This document shows, one piece after another, positions 29,230-39,291 of a stretch of DNA of 64,000 nucleotides (positions are counted from its first letter, which is position 1; each line of letters starts with the position of its first letter). This stretch comes from Candidatus Aenigmatarchaeota archaeon. Its GTDB lineage: Archaea; Aenigmatarchaeota; Aenigmatarchaeia; QMZP01; QMZT01. The position numbers and the translations under genes were made by a program. The stretch spans positions 79,666 through 143,665 of the forward strand of contig JAPLVC010000004.1 of the NCBI GenBank assembly GCA_026397315.1, in the 5' to 3' direction. The notes beneath the pieces were generated by a model that was not told the origin of the DNA, did not search any database, and saw only the letters and a program-made list of their open reading frames with translations.

Positions 29230-29287
29230 TATATATTTAAATAGGTTAGACTTCTAATAATATCCAACAATTTTTGAGGGGTGTTTT

Positions 29288-29872
29288 ATGGCAAAAGGTG
29301 TCAAGGCAAGTCAATTTACCATAAAAATCGAGAACGTCGTGGCGTTCACTTCGCTCAACATTAATATTTCACTGAACAAGCTGGTCAACACCGTGGAAAA
29401 CACGGAATACGAGCCGGAGCAGTTCCCCGGCCTCGTCTACAGACCTACAAATCCGAGGTCGGCTGCTCTAATATTCTCTTCAGGCAAGATTGTCTGCACG
29501 GGCACGAAATCGATAGACATGGCCAAGGAAGCGATGAAGAAGGTCGTCGGGAAAATAAAGGAATCCGGTTTCAAGGTCCCCGACAAATACCCGATACAGG
29601 TCGAGAACATCGTCGCATCCGCGAGGATAGAGGCCAAACTGAATCTCGAGGACATCGCCTTCTCGCTTGAAAACGCGGAATACGAGCCGGAGCAGTTCCC
29701 TGGCTTGGTTTACAGAATCAGCGATCCCAGAGTCGCGTTCCTGCTCTTCAGATCCGGCAAGATAATCTGCACGGGCGCACAGAGCGAGGCAGACATCCAC
29801 GAAGCGCTGGGCAAGTTCAAGGCCAAGCTGGAAAGCATCGGCGTGAAAGTAAAGCCCATGGTGGCAGAATAA
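29288..29872 (+). CDS. tbp: TATA-box binding protein
   Basis: Two repeats of IENxVA...EYEPEQFPGLVYR...SGKIxCTG. Confidence 0.97.
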   Translation: MAKGVKASQFTIKIENVVAFTSLNINISLNKLVNTVENTEYEPEQFPGLVYRPTNPRSAALIFSSGKIVCTGTKSIDMAKEAMKKVVGKIKESGFKVPDKYPIQVENIVASARIEAKLNLEDIAFSLENAEYEPEQFPGLVYRISDPRVAFLLFRSGKIICTGAQSEADIHEALGKFKAKLESIGVKVKPMVAE

Positions 29873-29940
29873 ATAAACGGTTTTATTTTTTTCTCAATCT
29901 TATTATTTTCAGTTTTCAGAAGTGTTTCTATAAAAAATAA

Positions 29941-30086
29941 CGGGCGTGGGGGGATTCGAACCCTCGACCTCAGGCTTTCTTCGATATCACCGGAATTTCT
30001 TCCTCAAATCTTCCAAGATTCCTGCGCATCAAGATGCTCAAAATCGCATAGAAGGCCAGAGCTCTATCCAGCTGAGCTAAACGCCC
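29941..30086 (-). tRNA. tRNA-Arg(UCU) with a 72-nt intron at 37/38 (intron 29977-30048)
   Basis: GGGCGTTTAGCTCAGCTGGATAGAGC...CTTCTA^intron^AGCCTGAGGTCGAGGGTTCGAATCCC; CTTC/GAAG central helix with 3-nt bulges (BHB-like). Confidence 0.88.
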
Positions 30087-30145
30087 GTAATTGTATATTA
30101 ACACCGACTGGAATTAATAATATTTAAAGATGCGAAGGGTTGGTC

Positions 30146-33052
30146 ATGGCCGAAAATTATGATTTCCGGAAAATGGAGCACAAGTGGCAGGAGCGATGGA
30201 AGGAAGCGAAAGCTTTCGAGCCTAAAATCGATTCCGAAAAGCGCAAGTTCTTCTTCACCACGCCATACCCTTACATCTCAGGCAGCCTGCACATCGGGCA
30301 CGGGCGCGCGGTCACGGAAAGCGACATATACGTCCGCTACATGCGCATGAAGGGATACAACGTTCTCTACCCGCTCGCTTTCCATATCACGGGCACGCCT
30401 ATCCTTGGCATTTCGGCAGCGATAGAATCTGGCGATCAGGCCAAGACGGAACTCTACAAGAGCTACGTGAGAAACTACGTGAAAAGCGAGCACGAGGCTG
30501 ACAAAGTGGTGCAGTCGTTCCGCGACCCGTGGAACATAGTCAATTTTTTCATACCCAAGATGGTGGATGAATATTCGTCCCTCGGCCTGAGCATCGACTG
30601 GAGTCGCCGCTTCACTACAGGCGACCCGGATTACCAGAAGTTCATAACGTGGCAGTTCCTCAAATACAAGGAAAAGGATTTCCTGATAAAGGGCAGTTAT
30701 CCGGTGCTTTTCTGCCCGAAATGCGACAATGCCGTCGGCGAGGACGACATACAAGATGCGGACACGAATCCCGTTTCCAAGATGGAATTCACGCTTCTCA
30801 AGTTCAGTCTGGAAGACGCGCATCATCCCGGTCTTATTATGGTGGCCGCGACGCTGAGACCCGAGACGGTATTCGGCCAGACGAACCTGTGGGTCAACCC
30901 GGACGTAGAATATGATAAAATTAAAGTGGGCGAAGAGACGTGGGTGATAAGCAAGGAAGGCCGCGAAAAGCTGGAGTTCCAGAAAAAGAACATCGAGGCG
31001 ATGGGATTCATCAAGGGCCGCGACCTCATAGGCAAATTCGCTAGGGCACCCGGCATCCACAAGGACGTCATAATACTGCCATCGAAATTCGTCGACCCGA
31101 ACGTGGGCAGCGGCATCGTGACCAGCGTTCCGTCGGACGCGCCATACGACTGGATGGCGCTGAAGGACCTGCAGCAGAACAGGGAAGAAACCGATAAATA
31201 TGGTCTTAATCACGAAATAGTGGCCGCCATAAAGCCGATACCAATCATAAACATTCCCGGATGGGGAGACATGGCCGCGCTTAAAATCGCGGAGCAGCTG
31301 AATCTCGCTAGTCAACACGACCCGCGCCTTGACGGGGCGACGCAGGTCATTTACAAAGAAGGATTCCACACGGGCACGATGAACCACAACTGCGGCAAAT
31401 ACTCCGGCATGAAAGTCACGGAAGCGAAGGAGAAGGTCAAGAAAGAGCTCCTTGAGAGCGGACAAGCGGATCTGATTTACGAGACGTCGCGCGTGGCGCA
31501 TTGCCGCGACGGGACGAAAGTCGTCGTCTCGGTTCTCGAAGACCAGTGGTTCCTGGATTTCAACGCGAAAGGATGGAAAGAAAAAGCTTACAAATGCCTC
31601 AAGGCGATGGAGCTGCTCCCGGACGCGAAGCGCAAGATGTTCGAGGACACGTTCGAGTGGCTGGACAAGAGGCCCGCCGCGCGCAGGCGGGGACTGGGGA
31701 CTCAGCTGCCTTTCGACAGGAACTGGATAATAGAATCGCTTTCCGATTCGACTGTTTACATGTCTTTCTACATAATCAAGAATCTCATCAGCAAGCATCA
31801 CATAAAACCTGAGCAACTTACGCCGGAATTCTTCGACTACGTTTACCTGGACCACGGCGAGCCGGCGCATGTGAGCAAGGCGACCGGCATTAAAATCGAG
31901 GACTTGAAAGAGATGCGCGGGCATTTCGACTACTGGTATCCCAACGACCATCGCCACACATACGTGGCTCACCTTTCCAACCACCTGTCGTTCTTCATCT
32001 TCGCCCACGCGGCGCTCTTCCCGGAGAAATACTGGCCGAAGAAGATATCTTTCCATGGTTTCGTGCAGAGCGAAGGCATGAAAATGTCTAAATCGAAAGG
32101 CAATGTCATCACGCTTCTTGAAATCAAGAACAAGTATGGTGCGGACACATTCCGCGCATACATCACTACCGCGACGACGCTGGAAGGAACGTTTGACTGG
32201 AAGGCCAACGAAGCGGAGAACATGCAGAAGAACCTTTACAACATACACGAGCTGGTCTCGGAGATGATACACGAACATAAAAAAGACGCGACACATCACA
32301 GGAAGCAGCCGGGACCGGCGGGCTTCGCTTTTCTCTCGAAGTTCGAGTCCGCGCTTCTCGAAGCCGACAAGGCGCTTTCCGAAATGCGGCTGCGAGACTA
32401 CGGCAACATTGTCATCCATTCGGTTCCATCCTGGATAAAGAAACTGCAGAGGCGCGCCGACCCGCACGAAGTCAGGACGATTTTCGACATGATAACGGAC
32501 AGATATATAAGAATGCTCAATCCTGTCGTGCCCCACTTGAGCGAGGAGATGTGGGAGGCGCTAGGTAGGAAAGGCTTCGCTTCTCTGCATGAGTGGCCGG
32601 AAGCCGAGAAGAAGCTGATAAACCCCAAGCACGAAGCGTGCGAGGAGCTGGTCGACAGGGCCACTGAAGACGTGCGCAGCGTGCTGAAGCTGGTCAAGTT
32701 CCAGCCGAAGAGGGTGTTTGTCTATGTTTCAGAAAAATGGAAATACGAGCTTTTCAAAAAGCTGAAGGGAGAGATGGAGAAGACGCGCGACATCGGGGCA
32801 ATAATGAAGAGCGTCGCCAGCAAAGAGCACGGGGCGGAAATCGCGAAAATCGTGCCGTTCGTCTTAAAGGATTCGTCCAGGCTGCCGTCGCACGTACTTG
32901 AGCAGGAAGACGAGCTGGTTACGCTGACCGAAGCGAGCGAATTCCTGAAAAAGGAGTTCGGCATTCCTGTCGAAGTCCTGAACGCGGACGAGCAGAAGAC
33001 GGAACGCGCGGGCAAAGCGATGCCAGGCAAGCCCGGCATAGAAGTCGAATAA
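30146..33052 (+). CDS. leuS: Leucyl-tRNA synthetase, archaeal type
   Basis: PYISGSLHIGH, ATLRPET, GSGIVTSVPSDAPYD, ESLSDST, KMSKSKGN, AMPGKPGI. Confidence 0.96.
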   Translation: MAENYDFRKMEHKWQERWKEAKAFEPKIDSEKRKFFFTTPYPYISGSLHIGHGRAVTESDIYVRYMRMKGYNVLYPLAFHITGTPILGISAAIESGDQAKTELYKSYVRNYVKSEHEADKVVQSFRDPWNIVNFFIPKMVDEYSSLGLSIDWSRRFTTGDPDYQKFITWQFLKYKEKDFLIKGSYPVLFCPKCDNAVGEDDIQDADTNPVSKMEFTLLKFSLEDAHHPGLIMVAATLRPETVFGQTNLWVNPDVEYDKIKVGEETWVISKEGREKLEFQKKNIEAMGFIKGRDLIGKFARAPGIHKDVIILPSKFVDPNVGSGIVTSVPSDAPYDWMALKDLQQNREETDKYGLNHEIVAAIKPIPIINIPGWGDMAALKIAEQLNLASQHDPRLDGATQVIYKEGFHTGTMNHNCGKYSGMKVTEAKEKVKKELLESGQADLIYETSRVAHCRDGTKVVVSVLEDQWFLDFNAKGWKEKAYKCLKAMELLPDAKRKMFEDTFEWLDKRPAARRRGLGTQLPFDRNWIIESLSDSTVYMSFYIIKNLISKHHIKPEQLTPEFFDYVYLDHGEPAHVSKATGIKIEDLKEMRGHFDYWYPNDHRHTYVAHLSNHLSFFIFAHAALFPEKYWPKKISFHGFVQSEGMKMSKSKGNVITLLEIKNKYGADTFRAYITTATTLEGTFDWKANEAENMQKNLYNIHELVSEMIHEHKKDATHHRKQPGPAGFAFLSKFESALLEADKALSEMRLRDYGNIVIHSVPSWIKKLQRRADPHEVRTIFDMITDRYIRMLNPVVPHLSEEMWEALGRKGFASLHEWPEAEKKLINPKHEACEELVDRATEDVRSVLKLVKFQPKRVFVYVSEKWKYELFKKLKGEMEKTRDIGAIMKSVASKEHGAEIAKIVPFVLKDSSRLPSHVLEQEDELVTLTEASEFLKKEFGIPVEVLNADEQKTERAGKAMPGKPGIEVE

Positions 33053-33095
33053 ATGGTAAAGGATTTTCGGGTTTTCTAACAATATAATAGTTAAT

Positions 33096-33377
33096 TTATT
33101 TTTCCGAAAGCTCATGCGGGTCAACTTTCTTGCCTACGGCACAGTTCTTCTTGACCTCTATTATTTTTACCATGACGCGGTCGCCTTCCTGCGCGCCGGG
33201 CACGAAAACCGCGAAATTGTCGTAAGAGCCGACGCCGTCGCCTTTCTTGCTGATGTCTTTTATGTATAACCTGATTATCTGGCCTCTTTTGACGGGCGGC
33301 TTTTTCTTGGTATAAAGCGTCCTCTTCGTGTGACACCTGGATATCTGGAAACCCCTGTGGCGATAGAAAGTCGGCAT
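33096..33377 (-). CDS. Single TRAM-domain RNA-binding protein
   Basis: PPVKRG...IKDISKKGDGVG...FAVFVPGAQEGDRVMVKI. Confidence 0.88.
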   Translation of the reverse strand: MPTFYRHRGFQISRCHTKRTLYTKKKPPVKRGQIIRLYIKDISKKGDGVGSYDNFAVFVPGAQEGDRVMVKIIEVKKNCAVGKKVDPHELSEK

Positions 33378-33432
33378 GGAAAGTATTTGCCGCGGCGCTT
33401 TTAAATATCACGCGCGCGTCGAGTCTGCCGGT

Positions 33433-33798
33433 TTAGGCGACTTGCTCGTTTCTAGGAAAAGCTTTTTCGGCTGTCTTTACCATGGCGTCGTTGGTCAACA
33501 TCAAAAAAGCGCCTGCGCCAATATTTTTATAAAATTTATTAACACGGGCATATGTGAGCTTATGAGCTATTTCACTCACAGTGGTAACCGGTATGGTATT
33601 GTGCGGTGATTCCGGATTGATTATTTCTGCGATGTAATAGCCTGCATGAAGAAGCCCAGTATCATATCCCTCGGGCATGCCTTTTTGCTCGACCCACATG
33701 GTATGGCCGCGATATTCCCTGGGGATGTCATTTTCGAATGGAAAAGTAACCTGAAGTTTCATGTTATATTTTTTAAAAAAAGTTTTAAATTCTGACAT
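33433..33798 (-). CDS. Hypothetical protein
   Basis: 121-aa ORF, no motif recognised. Confidence 0.55.
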   Translation of the reverse strand: MSEFKTFFKKYNMKLQVTFPFENDIPREYRGHTMWVEQKGMPEGYDTGLLHAGYYIAEIINPESPHNTIPVTTVSEIAHKLTYARVNKFYKNIGAGAFLMLTNDAMVKTAEKAFPRNEQVA

Positions 33799-33982
33799 TA
33801 TACCAAGCGGCGAAGACGTCTCTTAAAAACCGGCATACTTGAAAGCATCGAAACCTAGAAATTTGCCGTTAAAACATGCGCGAAAAAAACGAGGCTAAAT
33901 CCACGTAAAACGGCTTTAAAAAGGTATCGGCTCTCGGGCGAAGGAAAGGCTTTTTAAGCTGTTCGTAATGATGGTTATATCT

Positions 33983-34654
33983 ATGTTGGCGTTCGAGGAC
34001 TTGGGGTCGAACAGTTGGCAGAAATACGGAGAGCTGATTCTTAAATCTGAGAACGTCTTCCCCGAAGCCGTGAGGACGCCCGGCGAGGAATATGCGGAAA
34101 CGGTCAAAGAAAACGGCTCCATAGCCAAGGTAGCGCTGCTGGATTCGCAATACGTCGGCAACATATTCGGCTACGCGCTCCTGCCGGACGAGATCGCTAG
34201 CTATGGCCTGCACGACGTGCCGCAGGACGCGAAGGTCATCTATATTTTCAGCGTGGTGGTCAACCCCGAATACCAGGGCAAGGGCTTCGGCAAGCAGCTG
34301 CTGTGGGAATTCATAAAGACGGCGAAGGACAGGGGGTACGATTACGTCGCCGGCCACTTCAGGCAGAACGGCTCGCTGCAGCTGATAAAGAAGTTCGGAG
34401 CTAAGGAAGAGGAAGTGTACCACAACTGGGAAAACATGGGCGAAGACTGCGTGGCCTGCTGCCTCAACATACACAGCATCCAGGAACCCGGAACGCCACA
34501 ACAAAAAGCGACTAAAAACGATACGCCGGCAACCGGCCTGATCCAGGTCCCGTCGCAGGAGCAGGCAATAATATCGACATCGCCTGCACCGCAACTTGCG
34601 CCGGAACTCTCGAACCAGACATTCGAGCCGCACGCGCCGGCCATGCATTTCTAG
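33983..34654 (+). CDS. GNAT-family N-acetyltransferase with a P/Q-rich tail
   Basis: YIFSVVVNPEYQGKGFGKQL acetyl-CoA motif. Confidence 0.85.
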   Translation: MLAFEDLGSNSWQKYGELILKSENVFPEAVRTPGEEYAETVKENGSIAKVALLDSQYVGNIFGYALLPDEIASYGLHDVPQDAKVIYIFSVVVNPEYQGKGFGKQLLWEFIKTAKDRGYDYVAGHFRQNGSLQLIKKFGAKEEEVYHNWENMGEDCVACCLNIHSIQEPGTPQQKATKNDTPATGLIQVPSQEQAIISTSPAPQLAPELSNQTFEPHAPAMHF

Positions 34655-34852
34655 GGCGGCACGTTTTTTTCAGCCTTTTCAATTTACAAGTTCTTAAGCG
34701 GGCAGAGCGAAATTTATTACAGGGTAAATGCGGGTGGTGCTCTGGTCGGTCCTGGGTTTTTTATCAACGAAAAGTTCAGAAAAGGCAAGGTAAAGCTCGC
34801 CAAAGGCGGGAAGCCATACATCAAAAAATTCTGCAGTATTTCCGAAATAGAC

Positions 34853-35497
34853 GTGTGGCTTGTGAACGGAGCGTATGTCCGTGCCAACATCTGCGAGGAT
34901 TTCGTCAATTTCGACCACCATTACCACCTGCGCCTTATACCGAAGAACGAATTCTGGATCGCCAAAGAGGCGAAGCACGACGAGACGCGCTTCTACATAG
35001 ACCGGATGCTAGCGGAACGCAGGATGATAGCGGCTGGCGCCAGCTATCTGAAAGCGAATGCCAGGGCAGAGCTGATAGAAAGGGCCGAGAGAGGCAAGTC
35101 CAAAATGATGAAGAGAATGGGACGCAAGAAATTCCACAGACACGATATAATAGCCAGAGTGCACAAGAAGATGCTTCACAGGCGCGCGGGCGGCCTGAAG
35201 ATATGGCTGGTGAACGGCGAGCTCGTGAGGGATTTCTTCATGACGGATTTCGCCGGCGGCGGCCACGACAAGGTATACCATTTCATTCCGGACGAGGAGG
35301 TGTGGATAGACGACGACATCTCTCCGGCAGAGCGCAAGTTCATAATACTGCACGAACTGCACGAACGCGCGCTCATGGCGAAAGGCAAGGACTACCCGCA
35401 CGGTCACTGGAAGGCGACTCAGGTTGAAGACTATTTCCGCCACCACCCCAAACACGCGGGAGCTGCGATAAAGAACGAGTTAGCAAGGCAGACGTAG
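34853..35497 (+). CDS. Hypothetical protein with an internally duplicated domain; true start probably further upstream
   Basis: Two copies of WLVNGxxVR...DF...H...IPxxExWI...ExxF; second copy ends LHELHER. Confidence 0.75.
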   Translation: MWLVNGAYVRANICEDFVNFDHHYHLRLIPKNEFWIAKEAKHDETRFYIDRMLAERRMIAAGASYLKANARAELIERAERGKSKMMKRMGRKKFHRHDIIARVHKKMLHRRAGGLKIWLVNGELVRDFFMTDFAGGGHDKVYHFIPDEEVWIDDDISPAERKFIILHELHERALMAKGKDYPHGHWKATQVEDYFRHHPKHAGAAIKNELARQT

Positions 35498-35820
35498 AGC
35501 GATTTTGTCTGCATTATTCCTGTCTTGTCATGTCTTATTATTTGAAATATAACAGCTATAATACCACATATAATATACGACCTGTTTTTCACTCAAAAGT
35601 AGTCTACCGAAAGCTTTATAAACCTCAGAACCAAGTAATTATCACTTACAAATAGTGAAAACAATTGAAACATAAGAATTTGAACGTGAAATTCAATCTT
35701 AAAGGGCTCTGAGGGTGAGTAAATGAATCCATTATACATGTTCGGGAACGAAAACGAAATCCAGAAGAGGCTCATGATTTGGCTCATGGAGGCGACGAAC
35801 TAAACCTCGGAGTGTGTCAT

Positions 35821-36003
35821 ATGGCTGAACATAAGATAATCGACCGCAAGATGATAAACATCGCCGTTAAGGTCGAGAACATGAAATTTGATGGTCGCAG
35901 CGCAGAATTCTCGAAATTCTGCGAAGGTTACAACGAGGCGCTTGACAGCATCATCGCCTTGATAAGAAAGGAGCTTCAGGAAGGGATGCAAGTGGGAATG
36001 TAG
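35821..36003 (+). CDS. Small hypothetical protein
   Basis: MAEHKIIDRK... with GGAGTG upstream. Confidence 0.55.
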   Translation: MAEHKIIDRKMINIAVKVENMKFDGRSAEFSKFCEGYNEALDSIIALIRKELQEGMQVGM

Positions 36004-36018
36004 TTGAGGATGATATTT

Positions 36019-36411
36019 ATGTCAAAATACTGCAATGTGTGCCGTAATTTCACGGTGGATTTAAACAGATACCTGACGGACCTAAGAGAAAATCCTGCGG
36101 AATATCACAACTTAACATTAGGAATGGATATTCTGACGGAGGATGCTTTAAACATGGCCGGTGACAAAATAGTCGACTGCACGAATCAATGCAACCAGTT
36201 TAATGTTTATGCAAATAAAGATCTGCTCAAAGCTCTCAGAATTGTGTTTGCATCTATTGGAGAAGGCAGGATGCAAGATGCAATAAAAAACGCAATGAGT
36301 GATATTATGGATAAAGGCCAAGGATCAGGTAAATACAAGGAAATTGTCATGGGACAAGGTATTCAGGAAGTCATTGCGAATACATTAAAAAAACGTCAAA
36401 AGGGGTGTTAA
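36019..36411 (+). CDS. Hypothetical protein with N-terminal CxxC
   Basis: MSKYCNVC...; in an operon with the downstream surface protein. Confidence 0.6.
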   Translation: MSKYCNVCRNFTVDLNRYLTDLRENPAEYHNLTLGMDILTEDALNMAGDKIVDCTNQCNQFNVYANKDLLKALRIVFASIGEGRMQDAIKNAMSDIMDKGQGSGKYKEIVMGQGIQEVIANTLKKRQKGC

Positions 36412-36414
36412 AAC

Positions 36415-38799
36415 ATGAAAAACACGATTAAGAATTTTGGGTTTAGCGTTTTGGCTTTGTTAGCTGTTGTTATGATAGTGATGCCGGGGGCTTTGGCCGT
36501 GCCAAACACGCCACCGGTTATAGATTCTATATCCATCACACCGGAAATCCCCAGCAAGTATAACGACCTGGTATGTTCTGTGAGCGTTTCGGACGCCGAA
36601 GGGAATCTGGATTATGTTCATTTCAGCTGGTATGTGAACGGCGTTCTGACGAAGGAAAACAACAAGGTATTATACGGCTCTGCCAGCACTGCTTCGGACG
36701 TTTTCAGCGGCTCCAAGGAAGCGAACGATTACGTTGTTTGCGAGGCTAAGGCATACGACTTTGAAAGCGCGTATGACCGCGAAACTCATGCTGTCCGCGT
36801 AGGAACTGTGACTACTATTTCTGTACCACAAATATCCTACGTGGATATAACCCCAAGACACCCCAACCCTCAACAAGATTTGACGTGCTCAGTCTTCGCG
36901 ACTGACGCGGATGATAATCTTGATCATGTTACGTTCGAATGGATAGTAAACGGCCGCATGATCAGGTCCGCAGCCAAATACATGGAAGGCTCTTCAGACG
37001 TTGCTAGCGACACGCTCGAAGTGAGTCGCACGCAACAGGGCGACCTGATAAGATGCAAGGCTAGCGTCGCGGACGCGAGCAGCATGGTCGCTACTGCGGA
37101 GTCAGTGACCGTCGTAATGGGAGCCAGCACGTATCCTTACACACCAACCACACCGACGACGCCCACGTATGGCAGGCCAACGGCCGTGCTTAAGATATAT
37201 GACAACACCGTCGACGTAGAAGACGTGGCACATTTCTCAGGCCACGATTCTTACGCGCCGAGCGGCCACTACGTCGACCAGTACATGTTCGATTACGGTG
37301 ACGGACAGGAGTCCGCATGGCAGCCTGATGCGAACGGTTATCATTCTTACGAAGAAGACGACACGTATTACGTGAGGCTCAAAGTCAAGGACGAAAACGG
37401 CGTTGAATCCAACTGGAGTCCCGCGTCCATAGTGTACGTGGGAACAGGCTCCGGAGGAAGCAGCAGCCACATCTCCATAGACGACATGAGCATAATCAAG
37501 GCCGCTGGAAGCGGCTACACGAGGTTCGAGTGCAACGTCGAAGTGTTCGACAAGAGCGACGACCTCGATTACGTGAGATTCAAGTGGTATCTCAACGACG
37601 ACCTCATGTCCAACGACAAGGCGACCGTGTCAGGCGGCAGCGACGAGGCGAGCGACGAGATAAGCCTGCTTACGGACGACGAGGATGTGATAAAGTGCGA
37701 AGCGATAGTATACGACCAGAAGCATAACTCGGCGACGGCGACGAGAACGACAGGCGGCTCCGCTGTAGGCGAGGGATGCAACCTGGTTGTGACGAAATTC
37801 GACTATCTCACATACATGATTCAAGGTAAAACAGCGTACGTAGACGCGGAAGTCCAGAACACCGGCTCGTCCGGCAGCATCACGATGAAGCTTTACGTGG
37901 ACGGCTCGCTTAAAGACACGTACTCCTCTCATGCCAATTACAACGCGAAAGTCTCGAAGAAATTCGAGTTCGCACTGGCGACCGGTTCGCACAAGATAAA
38001 GCTTGATGTATACATGCCGTGCGGGGCGAAGGACACGAAAACCGCGGAAATAACGGTTTTCGCGGCAGACTCGACCGGCTTCATTCCAAAGGAGAAGCAG
38101 GAAAGCGGAACCGATGGCATAACGCAGACCAGCGTCAAGATAACGCCGGCAGCGCTCGATATAGCGATAAACAAGGGCGACGTCGTGACCGTCTATATAG
38201 AGAGCCCGGCGCAGACGAAGTTCACCATAACCGTCGATGGCATTCCAGAAAACTGGGCCAGCTACCCGGCAGAAGTCGACGTGAAAGGAGCCAAAACGGC
38301 TTTCGTATACATTGTTCCCAAAACAGTCGGCAATTATAATTTCGTAGTGAAAGTAAGCGGCGCGGGCAGGAACTACGAGCAGAACATCGCCCTTTATGTC
38401 GCTCCCGAAAACGGAATGCAGAACGGTGCCAGCGGCCTTACGGGCCTGATAAGCGGCCTTGAAAGCAACTGGCTCATAGGGGCGGCGTTCATCGCTGTCC
38501 TGGCCGTGCTCGCTGTTTTGTATTTCCTGGCAGGCAAAATGGCAAAAGGCAAGAAGAAATACGAGGACCACGTTTACGGCGAGCGCAGGACTCCGTACTA
38601 TGGGCAATATTCGGCCCAGACGCAGCCCAGGATGATGAAAGGTTCGATGGGCATTCCTGTAAAAGCCGCGGTACCGCAGGTTCAGCGTGTCCAGAGAATG
38701 CCTCAGATGACGCGCGCGGATTGGCTTTCGAGAGTAATGAGCGGCAGGTACTCTGACGGTACTGGATACCCGAAGCGCGGCATAGACTTCATGAAGTAG
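36415..38799 (+). CDS. Membrane-anchored surface protein with three Ig-like repeats, a PKD domain and CARDB-like domains
   Basis: Signal peptide; repeated C-x-V-x-DxxxxLDxVxFxW; FSGHDS...FDYGDG...HSY...LKVKD; TM near the C-terminus. Confidence 0.8.
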   Translation: MKNTIKNFGFSVLALLAVVMIVMPGALAVPNTPPVIDSISITPEIPSKYNDLVCSVSVSDAEGNLDYVHFSWYVNGVLTKENNKVLYGSASTASDVFSGSKEANDYVVCEAKAYDFESAYDRETHAVRVGTVTTISVPQISYVDITPRHPNPQQDLTCSVFATDADDNLDHVTFEWIVNGRMIRSAAKYMEGSSDVASDTLEVSRTQQGDLIRCKASVADASSMVATAESVTVVMGASTYPYTPTTPTTPTYGRPTAVLKIYDNTVDVEDVAHFSGHDSYAPSGHYVDQYMFDYGDGQESAWQPDANGYHSYEEDDTYYVRLKVKDENGVESNWSPASIVYVGTGSGGSSSHISIDDMSIIKAAGSGYTRFECNVEVFDKSDDLDYVRFKWYLNDDLMSNDKATVSGGSDEASDEISLLTDDEDVIKCEAIVYDQKHNSATATRTTGGSAVGEGCNLVVTKFDYLTYMIQGKTAYVDAEVQNTGSSGSITMKLYVDGSLKDTYSSHANYNAKVSKKFEFALATGSHKIKLDVYMPCGAKDTKTAEITVFAADSTGFIPKEKQESGTDGITQTSVKITPAALDIAINKGDVVTVYIESPAQTKFTITVDGIPENWASYPAEVDVKGAKTAFVYIVPKTVGNYNFVVKVSGAGRNYEQNIALYVAPENGMQNGASGLTGLISGLESNWLIGAAFIAVLAVLAVLYFLAGKMAKGKKKYEDHVYGERRTPYYGQYSAQTQPRMMKGSMGIPVKAAVPQVQRVQRMPQMTRADWLSRVMSGRYSDGTGYPKRGIDFMK

Positions 38800-38813
38800 C
38801 GGAGGCATGTTAC

Positions 38814-39128
38814 ATGTCTTACGGCTCAAAAGTCCTAGCCAAATATTCCACCGCAGGAGGCCAGGTTCTTGGCATATGCCAGAAGGACGTCGACGACAAA
38901 TTCTACGTTTTCCTTGACGTTGAAAAATCCGGATTCCAGATGTCTGAAGTCTTCCCTCCGGAGAAGCAGATCAGCCATGCCATAAGATATCTCGAAAGCC
39001 TGAATCCATTATCCACTTTCGAGGAAGCGGAAGACCGCCTGAAAAGCGGTTTCATAGGGCTTCATAAAATCCCAGTCGACGACGGCTGGAAAATAATCGT
39101 ATACAACGGTACTAAAATGAAAGTATAA
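38814..39128 (+). CDS. Hypothetical protein
   Basis: 104-aa ORF with GGAGG upstream. Confidence 0.65.
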   Translation: MSYGSKVLAKYSTAGGQVLGICQKDVDDKFYVFLDVEKSGFQMSEVFPPEKQISHAIRYLESLNPLSTFEEAEDRLKSGFIGLHKIPVDDGWKIIVYNGTKMKV

Positions 39129-39291
39129 GCCGCAAATGCCGACAAAATTCTCGAGATGCTCTCAAAACCGCCATCCGATTAACCGATAGCGCTTTTTGGA
39201 ATCTGTTAACAATATCTGTTTTTAAAATTTCACTGTCATAGAATTTCATAAAGTGTTACATTAATTAACCAATCTCTTTGGTGGTGGTTTT

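Noticed and set aside
29404-29710. Repeated GAATACGAGCCGGAGCAGTTCCC in tbp
   Set aside because: Explained by the normal internal duplication of TBP.
30278-32536. 752-aa antisense ORF over leuS (also long antisense ORFs over thyX, 36415..38799 and the Cys-rich genes)
   Set aside because: Shadow frames expected from C/G-rich third positions; no motifs, and the sense genes are clearly real.
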